32,000 nt of DNA from Bacillota bacterium (GCA_023387295.1 JAEWIG010000054.1:12510-44509); one strand, 5' to 3'; shown: positions 1 through 8,862, counted from the stretch's first letter. Notes: generated by a model from the letters alone, not told the origin. Program-made: numbers and translations.

Positions 1-2028
1 CTGATCACGAATGATATCTTGTACTGATTTTGGTAGTTGACTTACATTACGTTGTTTTACATATTTACGAATCTTCATTGCACTTTCTAAATCTTCATAA
101 TAGGAGCTATCATTTAAAACAACAATAGCTTGACCTGACGATTCGTTCAGTAATCGTAGTTCCAATTTATCAACTGCATCCGTTGCTACAGTTAAGAATT
201 TTAGTTTCATACCTCCTGTAGCAGCCCCTACCGTAATCCCATCTACCATTTGGTCAAATGCAAAGTCATATTTTCCATAACGATATTTCTTAGTTATATA
301 TATATCTCCATAAATCATATGTGCAATTTTTTCTACAATTGCTGCGGTATCAACATTGGTATCTTTTATTTCTTTTTGGATATCTTGCTCTTCATCTGTT
401 AAGAAATTATAAGTATCTCCTGTTCGCGCAATATAATTTTGGCTCATTAAACGATTAAGAGAATCTCGAACTGCTTCTCTCATTGTAATCTTGTCCATGC
501 GTATATCATCTGCCATAAGAATTGCTATATTATCGATATTCGCCTTGATATCATCAATGTATCGAATGAGATATAATAATTTCAATACATCAACATCTTG
601 TTCTTCTATTCCATTGCCATCAGCTGCTGCACGAGAACATCTCTCAATAACACGACGAATGCTACCATCTAAGAATGTATGCACAGTATCATAAAAATGG
701 AAAAATGGAACTAGGGCAAACTCATCTTTATCTTGTATCTTTTGCACTGCTTCCTGGAAGCCCGAAAGCATAGAACGCTCTCCACCAGATAAATGCTTAC
801 CAGAGTTACCATGTTTTCTGATTTCAGCAAATACTTTCTGCATAATAATAAATTGATATGGTACAAATGGGAAGTTAACAACAAATTCGCTTGGTCCAGT
901 ATATCCTTTTATGTCTAAAATTGAATCTGAAAAGCTAAATAAATTTCTAAGTACGGAATCATTATTGTTATATACCTGTTCTAAATCACTCATTACCTCA
1001 GGTTTTTTCTTAAGAATACGCTTTTGTATCACTTCATCTACGGAAGAAGAAGACAAACTGAGTCTAGTTTTGAAACGTGCCTGAATTCTTGAGAATTCAT
1101 CCGCGCGTACTTTGATTATCTCATCAATTGCTTCCTGTCCGGTACACATAACCCATACTTTTCCTTTACATTCACTACCTATTTTTTCAGTTAATGATTG
1201 AAGATTTAATAACATATCTGTATCTGTACCAACATATTGTCCAACCTCGTCAATCATGAATAGCAGACGGAAATTATCTGGTTTTGCATTAACATATTCT
1301 TCCATCTCGGAAACTAATTGAGCAATACTCATTTCCGTCGTTTCCGTACCATCAAACCAGTTACGAGCAGCTGTTTCACTCATCCCAAGCACTTCCATTA
1401 ATGTTTCCACAACATCATCTTCAAAAAAAGCAAAAGCATCTCGTGTCTCTAACCAGCTAGATCCATTCTTATCTTCAAAAACACGACGGAATTCTTCTGT
1501 CTTGCCACGCTTTTGAATAAACTGTTCTAATTTTGCTACTTTTAAGTTCTCACCATAAAAGCCAAGATGATTATAAAACATCTTGGCAAAGACACGAAGT
1601 ACTGCTGTCTTATCTTTATTAATTGGGCCTTCAATATCTATATTGAAAAGAATCGTCTCTGTCTCTCCCTTTGTTGCTTTATCAATCAACATAAAAGTTG
1701 CCGGATCATCTTCGAATTTCTTACGGAAACGTTCTACTGTCTTCACACCATTTACATCTTTATTTTTTAATGTATAAGAAAGCATCTTAAGGAAATGAGA
1801 TTTACCGCTTCCAAAGAATCCCGAAATCCATACCCCAATATCAGCAGTGGCTTCATCAAATGAATCACTATAATAGTTAAAGAAGGTAATAAAATGCTTC
1901 TTTAGTTCTTTGGTGATTACATATTCATTTAATTCTTGTTCCAGCACATCATCAGCAGATTGATCCACCTTAATAACACCATTAATTTTACGGTTAATAT
2001 CATCTGTAAACATCTCACGTATAATCAT
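1..2028 (-). CDS. brxC: BREX P-loop ATPase BrxC/PglY, N-terminal 676 codons (3' end beyond the left window edge)
   Basis: Absent from the ORF track because it has no stop inside the window. The minus strand from ATG 2026-2028 (SD GGGAGGAAA, 13 nt after the brxB stop) stays open to position 1. The translation reads MIIREMFTDDINRKINGVIKVDQSADDV ... GVWISGFFGSGKSHFLKML (Walker A) ... FRLLFMIDEVGQYVG (Walker B-like). The N-terminal INGVIKV motif, the P-loop and the position after brxA-brxB fit BrxC. Confidence 0.85.
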   Translation of the reverse strand, partial: MIIREMFTDDINRKINGVIKVDQSADDVLEQELNEYVITKELKKHFITFFNYYSDSFDEATADIGVWISGFFGSGKSHFLKMLSYTLKNKDVNGVKTVERFRKKFEDDPATFMLIDKATKGETETILFNIDIEGPINKDKTAVLRVFAKMFYNHLGFYGENLKVAKLEQFIQKRGKTEEFRRVFEDKNGSSWLETRDAFAFFEDDVVETLMEVLGMSETAARNWFDGTETTEMSIAQLVSEMEEYVNAKPDNFRLLFMIDEVGQYVGTDTDMLLNLQSLTEKIGSECKGKVWVMCTGQEAIDEIIKVRADEFSRIQARFKTRLSLSSSSVDEVIQKRILKKKPEVMSDLEQVYNNNDSVLRNLFSFSDSILDIKGYTGPSEFVVNFPFVPYQFIIMQKVFAEIRKHGNSGKHLSGGERSMLSGFQEAVQKIQDKDEFALVPFFHFYDTVHTFLDGSIRRVIERCSRAAADGNGIEEQDVDVLKLLYLIRYIDDIKANIDNIAILMADDIRMDKITMREAVRDSLNRLMSQNYIARTGDTYNFLTDEEQDIQKEIKDTNVDTAAIVEKIAHMIYGDIYITKKYRYGKYDFAFDQMVDGITVGAATGGMKLKFLTVATDAVDKLELRLLNESSGQAIVVLNDSSYYEDLESAMKIRKYVKQRNVSQLPKSVQDIIRDQ

Positions 2029-2041
2029 CTAAATTTCCTCC

Positions 2042-2599
2042 CTAAATCACATTAAAAGCTCTATAATAATCATTTGGCTTCAATTTATCAAATAATTTTG
2101 TATGATGTCCATCAAATACCCCTGGATAGAAAACTAATACTGGAATATCTGAAAAATGTGGTTGTAATGCTTCTAGTAAAGAGTGCACTCTCATAAAAGG
2201 ATATACTTCCCCTACGCCTGTAAGTACTAATACATCACCCATTTCGTGTGGATCATACTGCATCTTATCTATAAAAGCTTGTTCTGTTGCAATGGAATGC
2301 ATTTGATTCAATAAATACTCTTTACCCTTTTTCTCTTCCATCTTTGGAATACTTTTTGTAATACGTTTATCATCACATATGGTAATAAAGGTTTCATATA
2401 AGTTAACAATTCTTAAGTGGCATGTTAAAGAATGATCTGTTTTTATCTGTTCTATGAAATGCCTAATGATCATTTCTTCATTTGGTTCGTAACAAAAGAA
2501 TTGTATATTAACTTCATTACTTAAGCCCTTACCTTCTAAGAAATCTTTACTTTGTATTAATTCTCTTACTTTATCTAAACGAGATTTTATATTCTCCAT
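2042..2599 (-). CDS. brxB: BREX protein BrxB (DUF1788-like)
   Basis: 185 aa. ATG with a GGAGG SD 6 nt upstream. It sits 12 nt after the brxA stop and 13 nt before the brxC start. Size and synteny (brxA-brxB-brxC) fit BrxB. The assignment rests on gene order plus recollection of the family. Confidence 0.75.
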   Translation of the reverse strand: MENIKSRLDKVRELIQSKDFLEGKGLSNEVNIQFFCYEPNEEMIIRHFIEQIKTDHSLTCHLRIVNLYETFITICDDKRITKSIPKMEEKKGKEYLLNQMHSIATEQAFIDKMQYDPHEMGDVLVLTGVGEVYPFMRVHSLLEALQPHFSDIPVLVFYPGVFDGHHTKLFDKLKPNDYYRAFNVI

Positions 2600-2611
2600 C
2601 TCTTACCTCCA

Positions 2612-3217
2612 TCATAGAAAACAATTAAATGCCGGCAATGTTATTTCATCATTATTGCATCTAATTGCATTCTCCAGTGCATTATTGATCAGTACCGGAT
2701 TTAATTGTTGTGCCTTCCCAGAGTCAAGATAATCATTTTCTATCAATATTCTTTTAATCACTGATTTCATTTTTTTGATCGTAGACTCTTTCCACTCTGC
2801 AACAAGATCATCCTGTTCTTGTAAACGCATGAAAAATACATTAATATCCCTATCACTGAAAGCGAAATCCATTTGTCTAAACTTTTCTCCTATCACTGTA
2901 ATCATGAATTCCCACATGATACGATTTTGCTTCATTATTGCATACAAGCATACTTGCTTAGAAACCTCAACGGGTGAATCAGCAACAACCTTTATTAAGT
3001 CCCTATCATCCATTGCATGTAAGCGTTTCAAACATACACTAGCTATATTTTTAAGCATTCTTTCTGTGGGATATTGAAACAAATTTTCACTAAAAACTTT
3101 TAAGATGATTTCTTCATCTGTAAGTCCTTCTGCAATTAATTTTGCAACCGTCCTTGTTTCATAAAACAGAAACTGCTCTCTTGTTAAAGATCCATTATAA
3201 GGTACTGAACTATCCAT
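2612..3217 (-). CDS. brxA: BREX protein BrxA (DUF1819-like)
   Basis: 201 aa, all-helical-looking. It is the first structural gene of the brxA-brxB-brxC series, and its start overlaps the stop of the upstream HTH gene by 8 nt. Size and position fit BrxA. Confidence 0.7.
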   Translation of the reverse strand: MDSSVPYNGSLTREQFLFYETRTVAKLIAEGLTDEEIILKVFSENLFQYPTERMLKNIASVCLKRLHAMDDRDLIKVVADSPVEVSKQVCLYAIMKQNRIMWEFMITVIGEKFRQMDFAFSDRDINVFFMRLQEQDDLVAEWKESTIKKMKSVIKRILIENDYLDSGKAQQLNPVLINNALENAIRCNNDEITLPAFNCFL

Positions 3218-3467
3218 TTTTACGCTTCCCTTCGATGCTTAATTTCATTTGCACTACCTCTTTAGTTTCAGGTAAGATTTCAACTATCTCATCTAAGGTA
3301 CAGTCCATCTTCCTGCATATCCTCACTAGTATTTCCATTGAAACAAATTCGTTATGTGAAAGTTTAGCAAGTGTGTTTTGGCTAATTCCTACAAACGTAG
3401 CAAACTCTGTTTTCTTTAGGTTTTTATCTATTAATAACTTAAATAGTTTGTTGTAGCATACATCCAT
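3210..3467 (-). CDS. Small XRE/Cro-CI-type HTH transcriptional regulator, translationally coupled to brxA
   Basis: 85 aa. LFKLLIDKNLKKTEFATFVGISQNTLAKLSHNEFVSMEILVRICRKMDCTLDEIVE is a classic XRE helix-turn-helix layout. AAGGAGG SD upstream. 8-nt overlap with brxA. Confidence 0.8.
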   Translation of the reverse strand: MDVCYNKLFKLLIDKNLKKTEFATFVGISQNTLAKLSHNEFVSMEILVRICRKMDCTLDEIVEILPETKEVVQMKLSIEGKRKNG

Positions 3468-3497
3468 AATAGTTTGTCCTCCTTATGTTCTTCGGGC

Positions 3498-3521
3498 AAT
3501 ACACTTAATAAGTGTATTATA
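3498..3521 (-). promoter_or_regulatory. Candidate BREX operon promoter -10 box overlapping a 21-bp perfect palindrome (putative operator)
   Basis: AATACACTTA-A-TAAGTGTATT has 10-bp perfect arms (3498-3507 and 3509-3518). On the minus strand an extended -10 (TGATATAAT; TATAAT = 3516-3521) overlaps the right arm. The site lies about 30-50 nt upstream of the HTH gene start. Confidence 0.5.
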
Positions 3522-3799
3522 TCATAGTTAGATGTGAGAATAAAATTATTTTCTTTGTATTTGCAAAGTTTTTTAATATGTATGCGGTGATTTTGTGTTA
3601 ATCTGTTCTGTCATGTTAAGCTATATCTTATCTCATTCTTATTAATTCAACTTTATAAAAAATATGATAATCATCCATTTCAGCAATAAAAAAGAACCAA
3701 AATAGAGAATTACTCCCCCATCTTGATTCATATTGTATTCATCTAATAACACGACGTTTATCATTCTTCTCCCAATCCAAATAAAGGATCCTCAATAAA

Positions 3800-5083
3800 T
3801 TAGTAGAAATCATCCATATTTGCCCGATATTCTGCATCCATCTCTGCCTTAAATTCATGCATTTGATTTAAGCAAGCATCTATATCATCCAGAGCATTAT
3901 TAATAGACTCAAAAAAATTTCCAACATGAATAAAATCAAATCGTTTATTGCTTTTAAAGTAATGTTCCATATTTTTAGAAACTGGATAACGAAACTTACT
4001 AGCATCTGAATCGATATTATGAACTTGCCTACAGTAATCTTCTATAATTCCAAGATATTCTTTATCATCTTCAGATTGAGCATATTCTAATAGAAAAGGC
4101 TCTATCTCATTCCACATACCAGAAATACTATGTTTCCTGTCTAGTAATACTTTACATCTATTTTGAAAATTCTCACCTGTCTCTTCGAACCAAATTGTCT
4201 TCAAACTTAACTCTACACAATTCCGATATAAATAACACATGGGCATAAACAGAAGATTCTTTATTTCATTATTCCCAGCTTCCGTCTTTTTTTTCATATA
4301 CCATTTTAGATAATTTGCTGTCTCATGATAAGCTTTGGTATATGGGTAAAAATCTTCCCTCAGATAGCCATATCCAACTACAGATTGGCTATAATAATAC
4401 CCACCTTCCTCTATAAACATTGGATGTAATTTCTTCCATTCTTCTGCTTCATTTTCGTCTTGTACATACCACTTATCAATAATTTCAAACGCAGCTTCAA
4501 ATTTATTTGCAAACTTCACCAAATCAATATGGGTCTGTTTTTCAAACACTCTTTTTATGTTAAATTGTCCACCTAACCCCCACTCATCCTCTTCCCAATA
4601 GATATGAAATGGATATCGGAAAGAATCCGATTCCTTATCCATAACAGATATATCAGTAAAATATTGTTGTAACCATTCTAACTCTTCCATTGGTCTCAAA
4701 TAGGATGCAACTTGTTCAACTGCTGATAGAATTTTTGATAAATCATGGAAAGTTTCCTTGAGAAATTCCTTACGTTCTTCCCTATCTAGTATATATTTAA
4801 ATCCTAGTGCTTTTAATCCCAACTCAATACTGTGCCTATATAAAAAGGCTAATGAAAAGAAATATGTATCTAGCTGAGCAATGTTTGAATTATCCGTTTC
4901 AAGAAGATAGGATGTAACTAAATGTGCCGCATATTTAAAGTTTCTAGCATATGAATAACATTCTGAGGAAATCTCAGTTGACGCTATAATTCGAACCAAA
5001 TACTCTGAGTGTCTATCAAACTTATCTAATATAGTATCCTTTTCTGGATACATATTAGATAATAATCTTTCTGGTGTGTTCAT
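3800..5083 (-). CDS. Hypothetical 427-aa helical protein made of two tandem homologous domains (unknown family)
   Basis: The track ORF is 464 aa, but ATG 5081-5083 (MNTPERLL...) has a good SD (AGGAGAG) and the upstream extension has none. The two halves align: aa ~40-205 versus ~245-405. Shared motifs are LYRHSIELGLK/LYRNCVELSLK, FHDLSKIL/KHSISGMW and DSFRYP/SKFRYP. Confidence 0.7.
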   Translation of the reverse strand: MNTPERLLSNMYPEKDTILDKFDRHSEYLVRIIASTEISSECYSYARNFKYAAHLVTSYLLETDNSNIAQLDTYFFSLAFLYRHSIELGLKALGFKYILDREERKEFLKETFHDLSKILSAVEQVASYLRPMEELEWLQQYFTDISVMDKESDSFRYPFHIYWEEDEWGLGGQFNIKRVFEKQTHIDLVKFANKFEAAFEIIDKWYVQDENEAEEWKKLHPMFIEEGGYYYSQSVVGYGYLREDFYPYTKAYHETANYLKWYMKKKTEAGNNEIKNLLFMPMCYLYRNCVELSLKTIWFEETGENFQNRCKVLLDRKHSISGMWNEIEPFLLEYAQSEDDKEYLGIIEDYCRQVHNIDSDASKFRYPVSKNMEHYFKSNKRFDFIHVGNFFESINNALDDIDACLNQMHEFKAEMDAEYRANMDDFY

Positions 5084-5240
5084 TGTATTCTCTCCTAATA
5101 TATTCTTATTTAGCAAGCAGGGCAAGGTTGTACACACCTTGCAATTTTGTGCTTGTTGGGGAAGCCCCCAATTCCCTCTATTACCCCAATACATGCATTG
5201 CCATATATCTAAAATATAGTATGTATCACATTAAAATCAT

Positions 5241-8180
5241 TTACAATCTTCTATTTTTTCGAGCACACTCCGTACATACACCAGTATTAACTTTATTAAT
5301 CCCGCCATAACTATTAAAATAATCTACCAATTTTATACCATCACACTCTTTACATTTAACCCAACGTTGTCCACTAGAATCAATGATACATTGTTGTTGC
5401 TGAGTGAACTGGTCTTTCACTTCATTATAACACCTTCTCAGATGTTCTTCTTTGGCCAATTGTCGCTCTCGTTTCTTTTGTTCTTGTGCATCTTGCTCTT
5501 CTCGAATTTTTTCTTCTATCTCTTTCTTAATATCCATTTGTCTATTAATTTCTATTCCAAAGCGTTCACGGTATTCTATTTCCTGCTCATTCAAAATCAC
5601 TGGTGCACTACTAATTATGTAGTTACCAGCTTTATCACTTGATAATACTTGTCTTTCAATAGGTACTATCTCATCGACAAAAGTTGTTTGCTTTTTATCA
5701 TTTGTAAGAACATATAATTTATTTTTAGCTCTTGTCATTGCTACATAAAACAGTCTACGTTCCTCCCGATACTTATCCATAGCACCAGCCGAATCATGAA
5801 TAGTGTTTATATTAACAGATGGGAATACACCATCATATACATCCATTATATAAACTGTATCATATTCTAATCCCTTACTTGAATGAACTGTGGATAAAAT
5901 AATAGTAGCATTTTTTGACGTAGCATTTTTTTCTATCATTTTAGGTAGTTGTTCCAACCGTTTTAAAAATGCAAGTTGTTTTGGCTCTTGTTCTGCTAAT
6001 ATACGTAATAATTCAATTTTACTTTCATCCATAGAATTCTTTTGTAGGTACTGTCCATAACCTTCAGAACAAATATAATTAATTGCAGAAATAGAATTCT
6101 TTCCTTTTAACCTATTTAAAAAAATTTCAAAATCTTCAGCCTTATCTAATAAACTCGGCCAACGTTCTAGTTGCTTTTTCAAAGCATCTGTTACAGAAAT
6201 CCGATTCCAACGGCTATTTTTACATGTCCACTCTGCTGTTTTTTTATTAAAACCATATCCACATTTATAATATATCTTCATAAAAGACTCTGTATCAAAA
6301 GGATCTATAGCAAGCTTCATAAAAGCTTTGATATCATCAACTATTTTATAAGTAAAAAAATTTGTTTTTATTTGTAATACTTTAAATTGAATTTGATTGC
6401 GAATTAATAAATCCATTAAAGGAATCGCAAGATCATTATCACGATATAAAATTGCTGTTTTCTCCTTGTTGTTATAAGCGACATCTAACAAATACTTATA
6501 CTGTTCATAACGATTGGAGAAAGAAACTCTTTCCACTGACTCTCCATGACCTCGATTTGCAACCATCGTCTTCTTATTACGCTTTAAATCATTTTCAATA
6601 AATTTCTGTGCTGTATTAACTATTTCTTCCGTAGAACGATAGTTACACTCCATCATTAGTACAAATGGATTCCTATATTTGTTTTTGAAATTGAGCAATG
6701 CCTTTGGATAAGCACCACGAAATCCATAAATACTTTGATCCTCATCTCCAACCATAAAGATATTGTTATTTCCAGTAAGCATATGGATTATCTTATGTTG
6801 AATTTTAGACGTATCCTGTGCTTCATCAACACAGATATACTTATACTGATTTTGAAATTCGTGAAGTATATCAGGATGTTTCAACAGTATTTGATGGGCA
6901 TATACCATTTGATCATCAAAATCCATAACTTTCTTCTGTCTCAAAGTTTCTTTATATATCTGAAATATTCTCGCAACATTTGGAACAGATGTATCTAACA
7001 TAGTAATTTCATCGTTATTCAACATCATATTTTTTATGTAACCAATTGCAACCTCTGTTTCAATCACATCGCTTTCTGTTGGATATTCATCATTCACTTG
7101 TTTATAAATATTTTTGATAATTTTTGTTCTTTCCTTATTATCAAGCTGATTAAATGGATTACGTGAATACCGGTAGATAATACTGTTACTGATACTATTG
7201 ATAGTCCTAAACTGAACTCTATTTGCAAGTTCTGGACCAAATAGGCTTGAGAAGCGTTTTTTCATATCTTCCGCTGCTGCTGTTGTATAGGTCATTGCCA
7301 AGATGTTATCTGGTGAAATCCCTTTACAAATAATCATGTATCCAAGTCTTACTACAAGCACTGTAGTTTTCCCACTCCCCGGAACTGCAAGCAACAGATT
7401 TGCTCCCTCTACTGCTTGTACCGCTCGTTCCTGTTGCTTATTTAGTGTAATCCAAAATTTCTCAGCAAACATTTTATACATTTGATTTTCGTAGATATCT
7501 TCACGATCCGGGCCTTCACAAATTCCATTTACCAGTCCTAGATACTGCATAAATTCTTCTTTACTAAATCTTTTCGATGTTTTAAATCTTTCAAATCCTT
7601 CGGGTGAAACGTCAACTATCTTCGCAAGACAATCTTCCTCATTATCACGTATCTGAAAAAATAATTCAACCTGCCCACCCAGAAAATCAAAGTTATTAAA
7701 TGTTTTTCGTGGATGTGTCCACTGATAAGATCTACCCTCTTCTCCATCTGTACGTATTAGTTGCCCATTCATATATGCATCAATCTGATCAAATACCCAG
7801 ATTACTTTGTAACCCAGTGATTGATAAAAATTATTTCGATTATTAAACTGTGTAATAGATAAGGAACTATGTTGAAACTCAACGACTGTCCGACCAATCA
7901 ATATATCTGCACGATGTCTTGTTTCCCCCCAATTAAGAATTACTTCCTGATTATTTTTAGGAAATCTACTTTGCCATTCGAAATGCCATGCTGACATATC
8001 ATATTCTCGTTCCCAACTATCAGTACATAAATAGGATGGTTGATGTGAAAAATGATGTTGACGTACCTCACCTTTTCTTTGTATTAAGGGTGCTCCACAA
8101 GATGGGCAGTAATAGTCACGCTTGGTGATTGTATCATCAATAAATATTCTATTGTGATTTTCATCTAATGCTATTAACAT
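5241..8180 (-). CDS. Fusion protein: N-terminal CoiA-like (PD-(D/E)xK-type) nuclease with CxxC finger, UvrD/Rep/PcrA-type SF1 helicase, K/E-rich coiled coil, C-terminal CxxC...CxxC zinc ribbon
   Basis: 979 aa, GGAGG SD. N-terminus: YYCPSCGAPL...HHFSH...HRADILIGRTVVEFQHSSLS...GYKVIWVFD (CoiA-like pattern). Helicase motifs: AVPGSGKTT (I), ICVDEAQD (II), MVGDEDQSIYGFRGA (III), NYRS (IV), TVHSSKGLEYDTVYI (V), LFYVAMTRAKNKLYV (VI). C-terminus: CKECDG...(21 aa)...CTECARK. Confidence 0.85.
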   Translation of the reverse strand: MLIALDENHNRIFIDDTITKRDYYCPSCGAPLIQRKGEVRQHHFSHQPSYLCTDSWEREYDMSAWHFEWQSRFPKNNQEVILNWGETRHRADILIGRTVVEFQHSSLSITQFNNRNNFYQSLGYKVIWVFDQIDAYMNGQLIRTDGEEGRSYQWTHPRKTFNNFDFLGGQVELFFQIRDNEEDCLAKIVDVSPEGFERFKTSKRFSKEEFMQYLGLVNGICEGPDREDIYENQMYKMFAEKFWITLNKQQERAVQAVEGANLLLAVPGSGKTTVLVVRLGYMIICKGISPDNILAMTYTTAAAEDMKKRFSSLFGPELANRVQFRTINSISNSIIYRYSRNPFNQLDNKERTKIIKNIYKQVNDEYPTESDVIETEVAIGYIKNMMLNNDEITMLDTSVPNVARIFQIYKETLRQKKVMDFDDQMVYAHQILLKHPDILHEFQNQYKYICVDEAQDTSKIQHKIIHMLTGNNNIFMVGDEDQSIYGFRGAYPKALLNFKNKYRNPFVLMMECNYRSTEEIVNTAQKFIENDLKRNKKTMVANRGHGESVERVSFSNRYEQYKYLLDVAYNNKEKTAILYRDNDLAIPLMDLLIRNQIQFKVLQIKTNFFTYKIVDDIKAFMKLAIDPFDTESFMKIYYKCGYGFNKKTAEWTCKNSRWNRISVTDALKKQLERWPSLLDKAEDFEIFLNRLKGKNSISAINYICSEGYGQYLQKNSMDESKIELLRILAEQEPKQLAFLKRLEQLPKMIEKNATSKNATIILSTVHSSKGLEYDTVYIMDVYDGVFPSVNINTIHDSAGAMDKYREERRLFYVAMTRAKNKLYVLTNDKKQTTFVDEIVPIERQVLSSDKAGNYIISSAPVILNEQEIEYRERFGIEINRQMDIKKEIEEKIREEQDAQEQKKRERQLAKEEHLRRCYNEVKDQFTQQQQCIIDSSGQRWVKCKECDGIKLVDYFNSYGGINKVNTGVCTECARKNRRL

Positions 8181-8256
8181 TTAGTACCTCCATAAAAAGC
8201 AAAATCTAATCGTCGTAAAATATAATTCTCATATTTATTTGTATGATTTTCATCAA

Positions 8257-8862
8257 TTATCGTTCAATATCTATATTAAATAAGGGTAGGAGTTCCCCTA
8301 TCGCTCTATCTTCTAAATAAAATCGATTTGCCGATTCTAAATCACTATCCAACATTACATAGGACAACCCAACATTATGTAAAATTAAGTTTCTACTATC
8401 AGCTTCTTCTAAAAACATTCTTTCAATACGGTCTCTCATCTGATTACTACTGGTTTTTCTATTATCAGAAAGCGCATTTTTACCCATACTTAATCCTCGT
8501 TTTGTTTTCAATTGAAGATGTAGACCTAATCTATTCTTTAGGCTATCTGCTGTCTTTCCAACATACAGAGGTATATTCCCATTTACTTGAATTTGTTGAA
8601 TCCATTCATCGGTAAACTCAATTTCAACAATTCTTCCATTTGGCCCTTTAAAACTAATAACTCGATTCACCTTATTATTCATAAAATCACTTAATGTTCC
8701 CGTCCACCAAAAAATATAAACACCCCCTGAATTAGGTATTATATTTGGTTTCAATCTGTAATCACCATTAGATAGATGATCGACAATATCTAAAAGATTC
8801 TTATGTTTAAGTTCCGTAAGGCATCTCATTCCATCATTAATAGTAGCTATATCTAGTTTCAA
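8257..8862 (-). CDS. GIY-YIG superfamily nuclease-like protein with a ~40-aa insertion between the GIY and YIG strands
   Basis: Motifs: GGVYIFWW ... PLYVGKTADSLKNRLGLHL ... RFYLEDRAIGELLPLFN (UvrC-type GIY / YVGK..L..R / E....P.FN pattern). The likely start is TTG 8860-8862, preceded by GGGAGG at 8-nt spacing. The track's ATG 8886 lies upstream of that SD. A TATAAT -10 lies at 8904-8909 (minus). Confidence 0.7.
   Translation of the reverse strand: MKLDIATINDGMRCLTELKHKNLLDIVDHLSNGDYRLKPNIIPNSGGVYIFWWTGTLSDFMNNKVNRVISFKGPNGRIVEIEFTDEWIQQIQVNGNIPLYVGKTADSLKNRLGLHLQLKTKRGLSMGKNALSDNRKTSSNQMRDRIERMFLEEADSRNLILHNVGLSYVMLDSDLESANRFYLEDRAIGELLPLFNIDIER

Noticed and set aside
3800-5083. Calling the duplicated 427-aa protein a HEPN RNase
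   Set aside because: No canonical Rx4-6H motif is present; there are only conserved R, H and RY positions. HEPN-like is kept as a hypothesis, not an annotation.
5122-5142. Hairpin GCAAGGT-N7-ACCTTGC between the helicase gene and the 427-aa gene, considered as a terminator
   Set aside because: No U-tract follows on the minus strand, so I cannot tell whether the three cargo genes form one or two transcription units.
5084-5194. 37-codon N-terminal extension of the 464-aa ORF (MYWGNRGNWGLPQQ...)
   Set aside because: There is no SD before 5194, whereas ATG 5083 has AGGAGAG at the correct spacing. The extension also covers the intergenic hairpin and possible promoter.
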